The position numbers and the translations under genes were made by a program. DNA of 63,847 bases, the filler included, from Choristocarpus tenellus KU-1152 (taxonomy: Eukaryota > Protista > Phaeophyceae), in the NCBI GenBank assembly GCA_964200185.2. It is 10 parts of 10 records of this genome, joined end to end, with 100 filler letters (N's around TTAATTAATTAA, not from the genome) between each part and the next. Parts side by side here need not be neighbours in the genome. Positions count along the whole stretch, not along the records: positions 3,975 to 15,134 come from CAXNAD020002473.1; positions 15,235 to 18,032 come from CAXNAD020024664.1; positions 18,133 to 23,639 come from CAXNAD020010579.1; positions 23,740 to 39,633 come from CAXNAD020000911.1; 6 more parts are not named here. The stretch is one strand, 5' to 3'. Below are positions 13,254 through 24,429 of the stretch, in pieces. Each line of letters begins with the position of its first letter. Position 1 is the first letter of the stretch. A model generated the notes under the pieces. It searched no databases and was not told where the DNA came from. It saw only the letters and a program-made list of their open reading frames with translations.

Positions 13254-14638
13254 ATGGCTGATATATCTCTAGCCAAGATATCCTCAGGAAGAGACAAAGG
13301 GGAAATGGATGAGATAAAGGCAAGCTAGATAATATGTTTTTTGATTATTGGTAAGTGTTTATTGTGTTGAATAGTAAGTTGCAATATACAAGTGAGGGAT
13401 TGCCTAGGGTGCGCTGCTTGTACCTAGATTGCACCCTTTCAGGAGCGTTGGATAACGATGGTGTTTCTTTTGCTTCGTACCCGTAGAGTGTGGAAATATA
13501 TCCAATTGTTACCACCTTGTTCACAAGTGTCTGTGGTGAAGGTTGTACCATGGTCCCAATGATAACCCCCGATGAACCTAGATACTTGCTAAAGATAAGC
13601 CCTGACCGTGGACGCATGCAATTTTTTTGCATTTCGTCCCCCTTCAGAAACTTATCCTAAGCGAGAAGGCTCGGACAAAGCATCATGCGGAGGGACGTGG
13701 TGGAGGAGGGGGCGGGGGGGGTATGGGGAGGGGGGGTGGGGACGGGTCAGACGAGGAGGGTGGCGAGGAAGAAGAGAGGGAACAGCGCAACCAGAGTCGA
13801 AATCAAGTGGGGAAGGAAAAGAAACAAAAGGGGACGTAAGTAGCTTCGAATGTAGCCCCCTGACTGATGCCGTCCCTTTCGTTGCCTCATCAATTAACAC
13901 AGGAGTTGTTTCTCCTTCGTAACAATCAAGAAGTAATCAGATGTGTTCTTTGTTTGTTCTCTAGAAACTAAGGCATCGCGACCATGCCAGTGACTGTTAT
14001 GTGGGAGGACAAAATGCAGTGGACGTCATAGTTCCCACCCCTGCATGTATTTCCTCTTTCGTAGTTTGAACGGGTGCGAGATGAGGGGTGGATTTGAACA
14101 CAATGCCATTAGGAAGAACCCTTGCATCTTTGAATGCGCTTTTTTCTTTGTTGTTTTTTGATAACCACTTCTTTCCATCTTTTTGACTCTGAGCACCTCA
14201 AGATGGATGAAATTTTGAATGCTACTGGAGATGGCACTTTGAAAAGAGCTTAGACCATGGCATATCCTTAGCAGTCTATCATAATCCCCTTCATTGCCTA
14301 CACGCAACCCCCAAAATGTGTAAAATAATTCGAGTGAAAACATATTTGGTGATGCCTTGTTAAAATGTCGTACAATCGATGTTGTCAATAGGTGGCGGCG
14401 CGGCAAGCTTGTGGTTGCGAGTGATGATGCCGACTCTAACAAGTACCGTGATCGAGCAGAGGAGCGGCGGAAGGGAGCCAACCCAGATTATGCTGACAAA
14501 CTCAATCGCTTGGCAGAGATGGATGCAGAGACATCCAAGTACCTAGGAGGTGATCTGGAGCACACCCATCTTGTGAAGGGGCTGGACTATGCCCTGTTGG
14601 TGAAGATACGTGAAGAGGAGAGACAAAAAAGGGATGAG
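13254..14638 (+). CDS. IK: Protein Red / IK / SMU2-like splicing factor, 5' part (exons 13254-13319, 13648-13835, 14392-14638); runs off the contig
   Basis: Exon 3 encodes KYRDRAEERRKGANPDY...SKYLGGDLEHTHLVKGLDYALLVKIR, the RED N-terminal signature. Exons 2 and 3 join in phase (AC|G). Exon 1 (gcagccATGG) needs a GC donor. Confidence 0.88.
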
Positions 14639-15296
14639 GTGCGTCTGTGTCTGTGTCTGGGAGTTGAGAATTTAGTGGGAGGGGGGGGGGGAGGGGGGGG
14701 CTGAAGAGTGGGAGTATTGTTTATTACTGTATGGACTAGCTGTGGGTTACTGGTTTCCAGGTGTTGACTGCACTCCTTGTGTTATGTGCGTGCTTTGCTT
14801 GCGCTTGTGTGTTTATCTTTTGTCAATTTTTCTGGGAATAAGGGCATGTATTTGACCGTTGTGCACAAGCTCTTCATGTAGAGAGTGTACGCATAGCAAC
14901 AACCAAATGTAATGCATCTGTGATGCTACATCTCTTTTTCTTTTCAACTGTGTTGCTGCTTCCCCACGGACTTATCTGATGCATCCCCTCACATCTTCCT
15001 GCACGCACAATGCAATAACGCAATGCAATAACACAATGCAATAACACAATGGACTCTTTCTGTTGCAATTATGTGGGGGGGGGGGGCAATAACTCATTGG
15101 ACTGGCTCTGCAATTGTGACCCAGGGCATGGAGGNNNNNNNNNNNNNNNNNNNNNNNNNNNNNNNNNNNNNNNNNNNNTTAATTAATTAANNNNNNNNNN
15201 NNNNNNNNNNNNNNNNNNNNNNNNNNNNNNNNNNTTAGCGCGTCGGCGTTGTGCGCCCTGCGGTGAAAAAAAGGATTTTGGATTGTATGCTTGAGG

Positions 15297-15405
15297 GGAT
15301 CTGGGGCGGGGGGTCTACACCAGGGTGTCCATTTAGACCAAAGTCAGGAAAAGTGTATTTACATGATCCATCTGAGCCACGGCCACCCCCCAGATACTTT
15401 GATCC
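15297..15405 (+). mobile_element. MITE family A, internally deleted copy
   Basis: ATCTGGGG..TCTACACCAGGGTGTCCATTT..CAGGAAAAGTG..CCCCCCAGATACTTTGATCC matches family A. Confidence 0.8.
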
Positions 15406-15500
15406 TGCGTATTTTGCTTTGGTCGCGAATTCTGGATTATTATTATTTATTATTTTGTTTGCATTCCACCCATTCTATTCCACCCATTGTAACCCCACTT

Positions 15501-15871
15501 GTGACCAACCAGTGTGGCCCCTCCGTCACTGACTTCCAGCCATCAGCCTATCCTGTGTCCAACCAGTGCACCCCTTCGTCACTGATTACCAGTCACCAAC
15601 CACATTCAATGATCAGCCAGTGCGACCCCTTCGCTACTGATTTCCAGTCACCAACCTATCCCATGACCAACCAGTGAGACACTTTCGCCACTGATTTCCA
15701 GTCACCAACCTATCCCATGACCAGCCAGTGCGACCCTTTCGCCACTGATTTCCAGTCACCAACCTATCCCATGACCAACCAGGGCAACACCTTCGTCACT
15801 GATTACCAGTCACCAACTACATCTGATGACCAACTAGTGCGACCCCTTCGCTACTGATTTCCAGCCACCAC
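15501..15871 (+). repeat. 54-bp minisatellite, ~7 copies
   Basis: Units start at 15501, 15555, 15609, 15663, 15717, 15771 and 15826. Consensus ATGACCAACCAGTGCGACCCCTTCGCTACTGATTTCCAGTCACCAACCTATCCC. Confidence 0.95.
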
Positions 15872-16151
15872 CACTTTCGACTCCACCGCACCATTCAATG
15901 CTACAACACTTTCCCCCACTTTCCGCTCCACCACACCATTCAACACCACTCACCAACGCAACACTTTCTACCATTCAACACCCCTCAGCACCACTCCACA
16001 ATCATCCAAGAACACCCCTTCATCATCCACTTCAATATAATGCCTTTGAAGTAGAAGACATCTACCCCACCCAAACTTGACCTTCTCCTTCGGGGTTGAG
16101 TCTTTTCTAGTTCACACATTTTCCCCCTTCCCCGACTGCACCCAATCCTTC

Positions 16152-17600
16152 CTACTCTATACCAGACCCTACAAAAAACCCACACTGGTCTCTCTGGTTG
16201 ACCCTAACATATAACATGAACACCCTCGACTTCCACCTCCCCTCCTTCTCTATCATTACCTCCGATGCCCTCATTGTTGCCATTCTTGTGGCTCCCCCTA
16301 TCCTGTCTGAGTGTAGGGCACATTCTTTCGGTCTCTGCTTGAGCTCCTTGGCTATCCCTCTCAGGGTACCTGTTGCTTGGCCTCTCATGATCTCCCACTT
16401 CCCACCATCTCTGAATATCACCCATACTGCAATAGTCTCACTTTTGAGATATATTGCTATTCCACCGTGCAAGGCTGATTCCCAACCTCTACACGATCCC
16501 TTCTTATCCTGCTAGCATAGATCAAAGGAATTTTGAAGTGTGTAAGCGGATGAAAGTCAAGAAATTGTGGAAACATTGGAGCCCTAGACCTTAACCCTAA
16601 CTGTTGTTAGTCCTGCCCTCCCCAACCGGGGTCACATACTGTTAGAGCACTGGTAAACCCCTGTGTGTACCGAGCAGGTACACCTAGGGGTTTAATAATG
16701 TGCTAACACATAAAACCTCCCTAACTTAGGGTTAGGTTTTTCTATGCGTGCTTTACCCTTTCTTGCCCTAAACCTAATAAGACACCTATCCCCTACTCCT
16801 GTGTATATGTCTCTCCTCCGACGACAACAATAGTCAAGCAAACACTTTAGTATACTCCTTAGCGTTCCCCGTTCTTCCCGATCCCTTTCTAGTACTTGTA
16901 ATGCACAGATGTCTCTGATCCTCTTGTACACTTGCTTTCATTCTTCAGCTCTCCGAACTGACCTTACCTTGTCCAAGGAATTGCTTCTGTCATTTTCGTT
17001 TGGGCACGAGAATTTGAGTTAGTTTCAAATGTGTTACCACGTGACCTGAGGCTCTCTTCTACCCACAACTTCCTCCCTCTTGAGCTGTGTCAACAGACAA
17101 ACCCTTTCCTTCATCCTCTAAACCCCATACTTCACCATAAGACTTGGCTCACTTTTCCTTCACCCTGAAACTCTATCCCTTGATCTATGTCTATCCCCTC
17201 TGACCCGCCTTTTCCACTAGTCTACCCAGCCAACCCCTTTCCTGGTGTGATCCCAACTGGTACGCAACCTGCCGGAAGTAAAGCTCAAGGCAAACTTGGG
17301 GGACCTAATGACCCATTATATATATTTGAAACAAAACATAAAATCACCCAAACTACCTAGTCTCCGTTATAATATCCTTAGGTTATGGACATTTCGCATC
17401 CCTATAATATCCCTTGCACTAGTTAACAGGTTCTATCACTCCAGGCTATACCTCCACAAACTTTGTACCCCAGTTCTTGGCTACCAACTCAATCCTTGTA
17501 TTTCTAACCCTGGACTCTCCCTTATCTTTCATTGGTATCTCCCTGGATATGACATACACCATCCCTTACATCTGTATTACTTGTGATTATTGTTATTATT
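16152..17600 (-). mobile_element. Decayed tyrosine-recombinase retrotransposon (DIRS/Ngaro-like); the YR catalytic end lies at ~16170-16510
   Basis: ALHSDRIGGATRMA...IEKEGRWKSRVFMLYVR matches the H-x-x-R...GRW-x-S...Y catalytic tail of DIRS/Ngaro-type recombinases. Upstream sequence is stop-riddled, so the 5' extent is uncertain. Confidence 0.75.
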
Positions 17601-17989
17601 TTTTGCTAGATGGCACCAGTTAGAAACTGTAGTACTAAGCGCTTGGAAAGGTTAGGGCTGGTTTGATTAATAGTACCCGAAGTCTCTCCTTCCTCCCCTT
17701 TTTCGTCCTAGAAATGTAACTTCTTCGACTTCTCTTACCTTAGAAGACTCTTGAAGGTCACCTCAATCAGATGTCCATGTCATACCTGTGTTCTCGAGTC
17801 GACAAAGTCCCTGCACTAGTCAGGGATCAATCAACCCATTGCTCAAACGTTGCTGTTAATGCATGATCACCATCAGCGCCTTATGTGTGATCTGTTAGTG
17901 AGTAGTTCGGATGGGTTACACTGGCGTAACGACTACGCGTGGAGTACATGCATTGATCTGGACCAGTCAGAACTGCCAGTGAGTTATCT

Positions 17990-18032
17990 GACCCAAAGTA
18001 TCTGGGTGGGGGGGGGTCTACACCAGGGTGTT
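17990..18032 (+). mobile_element. MITE family A, truncated by contig end. Similar gap-truncated copies at 48259-48328, 53585-53652 and 59914-59931
   Basis: GACCCAAAGTATCTGGGTGGGG..TCTACACCAGGGTG then N. Confidence 0.85.
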
Positions 18033-18132
18033 NNNNNNNNNNNNNNNNNNNNNNNNNNNNNNNNNNNNNNNNNNNNTTAATTAATTAANNNNNNNNNNNN
18101 NNNNNNNNNNNNNNNNNNNNNNNNNNNNNNNN

Positions 18133-18725
18133 GGAATTTAGCCAACCGGCATCCACACCATCGGTGTCCCAGGATCCTGGGGTTGGGGTGGGGGGTGGGT
18201 TTGGAGGTGGACAGGGTTCCAGCAGTAGTGGTGGGCACCATGGTGTCCTATCATCTCCTATTCCCAACTCAAGGCAGCAGAGTCCGATTTCAGGACTGGT
18301 GCCAGCACATGCATCCCCCCCTCAAGCTCCGTTGCCCCCGGGGCACGACCATGGGCCAGTAGACCTCCTGGGGTATGAAGGCGAGCTAAGTCTGTACTTC
18401 ATGAAGCGTAATATGCGAGTTCATGAGGAGGTGGAGGTGAGTGTTTGTTGCACATATTACTGGTAGTAGGGGAGGCAGGGTCAGTGGGCTCAGTGCTTGC
18501 AGTCACTACTATGCACATAAAGAATCTATTCAGCAGGCTTGTTCCTTGATGCCTTTGAACTGGTTATTTTACTTTTGTGGAGTCCTTGTCACCACAGCCT
18601 TCTTGGTTCATACATGACCTAACCTTACCCATGAAGCTTTTACACCTCACTGTTGACCATCCTTCACTCTTCTGTACTTCAGGGATATTAGTTCTCCCCT
18701 GTTGCAGTTCTCCCCCAGCTGACAG

Positions 18726-18756
<31 letters not shown>

Positions 18757-21700
18757 ACCCCCCCCCAAGCACCCCGCCCAACCCACCAGCCCACACTTCT
18801 TCCTTTAATTGCGTATGCACCTGGCTGACTCATGTACTCCCTCTTCCCTACTCCACAAACCAGGCGTTGGAAGCAGCACACAGGTCGCTTGCTGCGTCAA
18901 ATGCGGGAGAATCCCCCGAGGGTGGGGGGGGTGGAGAGGAACAGCAACGAAGGTTGAAACTGGATCACAGCAAGATTCTGGACAGTGATATGATCACATC
19001 CATGCTGGAGTTTCACCCATATGAGCCCCTCCTAGTGGTAACAGACAACAAGGACAGGGTCTCTGTCTTTGACTTTGAGGATACTGTAAGGTGAAAGATT
19101 ATCGTTGATAGCTGGGATTGAGGCCGAGAGGCATGTTGGGGGGATACCATGGTTTTGAGCAATACTTTCTTTTATCTGCTGTATTCCTCATCTTTTTTTG
19201 GTGGGGAGAGGGGATGGAGAGGGGAAGAGAGGAGGTGATTTTGTGTGTCTCTCATAGGAAGTGTCAAGAGCAAGGGCAATGTATGAATGGATATGTGAGA
19301 CTTGCATAATTGAGTGTAAGGAGGTACAAAATACGCAAGGCTATGAGTCCTCCAAGAACAGAAGGAAGAACTGAGGGTGGGGGGTGCCCTCAAAGTGTGT
19401 GTATCTTGACATAAGAGGTTGTGAATTATGTGTGGCCATGGAATGTTCCAAAGGTTTTGCACCAGATGTTTCTCTTCTAGCAAAATATTGAAACTGAGCA
19501 AAAAAATCAAATCATTGTGCAATCTTCATCCCCCAGACCTCACCTGCGAGCCAATACCTTCATTTCTCCAGCACTACCCCCTTACTTACCCCTTCCAAAG
19601 CTGCTTCTGCTAATGAAGCCTTTCTCCGCATCAATGAGACATTTCCGTCATATCAATACCCACCCCACCCCCCCCCCTCTTTTCAATCTCAAAAAGGTAC
19701 GGTAGCTTCTGCAATCAAAATCCAGCAGGGAGTCGAATGACGTCAATGGCATGGATCAACAGTACACAGGACTCCCTGCTGCTGACGGGGGCAGATGATG
19801 GGATTGTGAGGGTCTGGGATGGGCTTCTGCAAGCTGGAACGGGGGGACCTGGGGGCATGCCCCCCCCTCGGCTGGTGACAGCATTGGATGCTGCACCAGT
19901 GAGTGGGAAGTGGAGTGTTATCTTCTTGGCGGGGGATGGGAAAAGTTACATGTTTATTGTTAACTCTGAATGAATACAGGAGGGGTAGTTGATTGAGGGG
20001 GGGTTGGTGGTAAGGAACAGATATGCTGGGAACTCATTCTGGGTCGTGCAGGGAAAGTTTTGCACATACTGGGTGTAGCCTGATTGTGGACAAAGACTTG
20101 GAAGGGAGGCCTGTCGTCCAACCTCCCTCTCTTTTACAGACTTGCTAGCTTCAAGATTTACTTTTGTCACAAGGTTGTTGCATCTGGTCTTGTTCATATT
20201 TTTTTGTGTTTACATTGTAGCAGTGGTCAAGGTCTTTTGAGGGAAAAATTATGCTTGTTGATAGGGACATCCCTTTTTCAAATTCAATAATGTTGAATGT
20301 GTAGAATGTGAAAAGTACCACTACTCGGGAGGCAAGAGTGCATTGTAAGGGGGTATTTCTAGAGTCTGTGCAAATAAGTTGCTCCAAATGCCTGGAAGCA
20401 CCTCTCAGTTCCCTCATAAAAGATATTTCAACATGTCGTAACATGAACACAGGTGTTTGCAGCTGTTGAAGGTTAGTGCCAGGTCAAATTTTGACATAGA
20501 ATCTGATTATCGTTATCATTTCAATTGACTGTGTATATCACACGATTGATAGCAATTTCTGTACGAACCATGCACATTTATGCACTTGTTCTGAACAGTC
20601 TTTGACCCTCACCCTTCTCTGCCAGGGCATGAGGATGGGTCAATCGTCGGGACTGGTGGCGGACTGGCAGCAAGAGACAGGACTACTCTTTACAGGGGGC
20701 GCAGGCGTTCACCTCAAGGCCTGGGATCTTGGGCGGGAGCAATACTGGGCAAATTGGGAGGTGCCAGAGGACACGGCTGTGACAGTCCTCGCCTCCCCTC
20801 CTATGGAAACCTCATCTTCTCAAGCTTATGGCAGGGGAGGGAGAAGGAAGGGAGGCAGGGGGACAGGGGGATATGGAGGCAATGGATCATCAGCTCTGAG
20901 CTCAAACGTGGGTTCTGTCATGGCAGGCTTTGTGGATGGTTCTGTTCGTTTATATGATGCGAGGGAGAGGAGGGCTGTACAAAACTTCTTGGAGCATGAC
21001 AGCTGGATTGTGAATCTGCACTTGACCAAGGTTAAGGGGAGTGAAAATCCACACACGCAGTGATTGCATGGTTGTGGGGTTTTGATTGCAGTTGTTTTGT
21101 GCAGTTGGAATTGGTGTTGGTTGTTCGCATACAGTGACTGCACTGCGATTTAGAGTAATACTGCTTTTTCCAACCACCTCATGCAAGCTGTGTTTCATCT
21201 GAACCTTGCGTTCATCTTCTTCCTCCTAGGTTCACCCCCTGCCTAAGATGCCTGTGAGAATGCTGCTTAGCTCTACACCATGGTAATGATATTTTAATGT
21301 CAAAACCTGTCGCGTTCCAAGTCTGACAAAAAATATTGACGTCTTTTTGCTGTTGATGGCTTTATTGGCACAAATTCAGGAGTATGAGATGCGGAGTGCT
21401 TGCCTGTCTGGGACAGTCCGTGTTTGGGACATCCGTAAAGAATCAAAGCCCATAAAGAGCATAGTTGTGCAGCGCTCGAGCATGACTGCTCTTACTGTGC
21501 ACAATAGGGTGCCCATCATGGCCAGCGGTAGTCACAACCAGTTCATCAAGGTCAGAGGGACGCCACAGTTGCTGATTAATACCCTTATCAATTATATGTT
21601 TGTATTGTCCTTGACCAATGTGTTGAAGGAATTTAGGGCAAGGAGGATGCTCGAGAGTTGTCTCTGTGGCTCTTTTTCACATTCCAACAGGAGGGTGTTT

Positions 21701-22386
21701 ATGGAAATTTTATTGAGGGAAGTGAGCTTAGAAAGGGGGGGACTCAGGAAGTGCTGTACTACTGTCTGTTCAATCGCTGCTGGAAGGATGCCTTTGATTG
21801 TCATTCTTCTAGGTGTATCTGCATCCAGGAGTATGGAAGGCAGGAGAGGGGGCAGATTTTGTGTGTATGTGTGTGTGTTTTTTGTTTTTGTTTTTTGGGG
21901 GGGGGAAGATCTCGTTGATCATGCACCTCCTTCTGCGTATCTTGTTGAAAATGCTTGGTGCAGTAAACCTGAGACGTTGTGCAGTGCTTAGGCAAGGATG
22001 AATCGAAATTCAGCAGGAGTAAACAAGAAGTTTGATTGTAGAGCTCTACTTCATGTGTGGCAAGAAGCCTGGGGTTGTTTTTTGCATCTTATCCCCATTT
22101 TGGAGTATTCTCAAGTCTTTTCTGTAGCTTGTGTACCTCATCATGCTTATCGCCTCTTTTTCTCACTACCTCACTGTTTCCACCACCCAACCCTTCCTGC
22201 TGCCCTTATATATACTTGCAGATTCTGACCCTTGATGGGGAAACACTGTCACTGATCCGGTATCACCAGGGTTTCCTGGCTCAACGCCTGGGACCCATTA
22301 CCGCCCTTGCCTTCCATCCTCATAAGCTTATGCTTGCAGCAGGAGCGACTGACTCCATCACCACTATCTACACTGTTGGGGACTGA
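18133..22386 (+). CDS. RPTOR: Raptor/KOG1 (TORC1 subunit), C-terminal WD40 region; exons <18133-18436, 18864-19090, 19697-19898, 20626-21030, 21380-21550, 22222-22386
   Basis: Raptor motifs: FHPYEPLLVV; FCNQNPAGSRMTSMAWIN..DSLLLTGADDGIVRVW; GLVADWQQETGLL; AGFVDGSVRLYDAR; IMASGSHNQFIK; IRYHQGFLAQRLGPITALAFHPHKLMLAAGATDS. All GT-AG junctions are phase-consistent and the stop is at 22384-22386. Confidence 0.95.
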
Positions 22387-24429
22387 TCAAAGTGGCAATG
22401 CTGATTTGATGCCAAGGGTAATAACATTTATCCTTGAGGGCGGAAATTTGGAGTGGGTGATAGGGGTGTGTGTATCTGACTAACAGCTAGAAGTTGAGGA
22501 GAACAGCTCACGCACTTGCAACATTGATGTTGTGGGAGCTCTTAAAGGGTGGGTAGGGGAGAAATGAGGTGGTGTATTCATGAGTGTTTACCCTAATTGA
22601 GAAGTCTTTGGTCTCATGAACTGTTGAGGCCAGCATGTGCAGGAGCAGCAGCCAGTTCACTTTTTTGCAGCTGCTCACCAGCAAGGCTTGTGTTTTGTAC
22701 TTAAAAGTACTCCTAAGATATATGACGTTCAAGATCATCCCTGTATGGTAGTTTTGCTAAACAAGCAGTAGTTGGTGGTCGATAAGATGTTGATCAGATA
22801 AAATTAGCAGTTCACACTTTGAAGTAGTACAGTGCATAGTAGGAGGGTCCCTTAGAGATTTGCATTGTTTAAGTTCAAGGCGATTTCTTGCTGTAGATGA
22901 TTGATTATTCTGCTTGGTGACCCAAACAAAGGTTCTCGACGCCGTTTTACATACGTACCATGGTGTACCTAATGTAAGATAGTAAATTGGTGTCTACCTC
23001 TTATGTCTGTATGACACCGATTCTTCTTGTTCTTTGCGCATTTGCTCATGCTTTTTTTCTCTTTATTTGCTTTTTTTTTAAGTCAAGGCTGCGGCAAGAG
23101 TTTCTAAAAATGAATAACAAATTCAACTCCTTGGCTGCAGATTTTTGCTGGATCGGCTCTAACTGAGCACTGATCCCAGCTCTAGATATCACCCACATGA
23201 TTGTTGCCTCGCATTTGTCTGTATCACCTGTGCTGGATGGGTGAAGGTTTTGTGTGTGAATGGGTTTCCGCACCAATCCTGCATAACATCCACTTGGGTT
23301 GTTGGCACCATCTGGTGCTGGCTCTAACCAGCTCTACTTGATAGCCATGTGACATACGCCTGCTAAGTGTTTTCATTTGTTTGAGTAATATTCTGCATTG
23401 TTTTATCAGGGAGTGTAGTTTTACAAGGCATTTTGCATCGTTGTCACCTTGAGGGATGTCAAGAGCTGCTTGCTGAAGATGAATCTTAACGTGTGGTTAC
23501 TCTGAGGTCACTGGCATTGACTCTCCCCTTCACGCATCTAGGTCTGACCAATCACATCACACACACTCCGTTCTCACACATCTCCGCAATTTCTCTGTTG
23601 TATGTGAACCAGAGTATTGTGTGTGTGTGGGGGGGGGGGNNNNNNNNNNNNNNNNNNNNNNNNNNNNNNNNNNNNNNNNNNNNTTAATTAATTAANNNNN
23701 NNNNNNNNNNNNNNNNNNNNNNNNNNNNNNNNNNNNNNNGATTTTTTCTCGCCACACAAAAACCCCCACTTTTTCGGGGGGGGGGGGGGGGGGGGAATCA
23801 AGAACACGGTAAAAAAAAAAGTTGTGAAATTTCAGTCAAACGTTGAAACAAAATAGAAACGATGTATGATTACCTTCCGTCCACTTTCTTATCCAAGAGT
23901 GATAAGTATATGCATACCTTTTTTGATGTGCAGTTTGTATCCTTGGGACGGAAGAGTGACAAGAGAACGAAGTACTGTATTGATATCAAGACAATAAAAA
24001 GAAAAAACAAAAAAAAGTAAGCTAACAGTTCAGAAGAATGCATGCATATCGATTTGAAATTTTGTTCTGCAATTTCCTTTTATTTCAACTGAAACGCATG
24101 TACTTCCTCTGTTGGGAATTAAATGTAACATATCTTTTGCAAGCTCCGTTCTCGCCCAAGAGCAACCCACGTGATAAACCCTCTGTATGAGCCTTAGTTC
24201 TCACTTAGATTGGGAGGCGTCAAACGTTTGAGATGGTGGGCTGTCATGACTGTGGAGGATCACCAGTGCAATGTAAACCAAGTCGCATTTGATGGAGTTC
24301 AATAACCTCATGAAACTCTCAGAGTGGATATTTAATGGGATGGCTAGGATGAAGGCCCCCTGTCATTCAAGAGGCCCACTCATCCCGTCGTCACCTGTCG
24401 GCCCCAATTCTTCAGCCCAGAAGTCTGTC

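Noticed and set aside
15501-15871. Regular repeat array as a possible CRISPR
   Set aside because: The units are head-to-tail homologues with no unique spacers, and there are no cas genes.
13254-22386. RED/IK next to Raptor as a gene cluster
   Set aside because: They lie on different contigs separated by artificial linkers.
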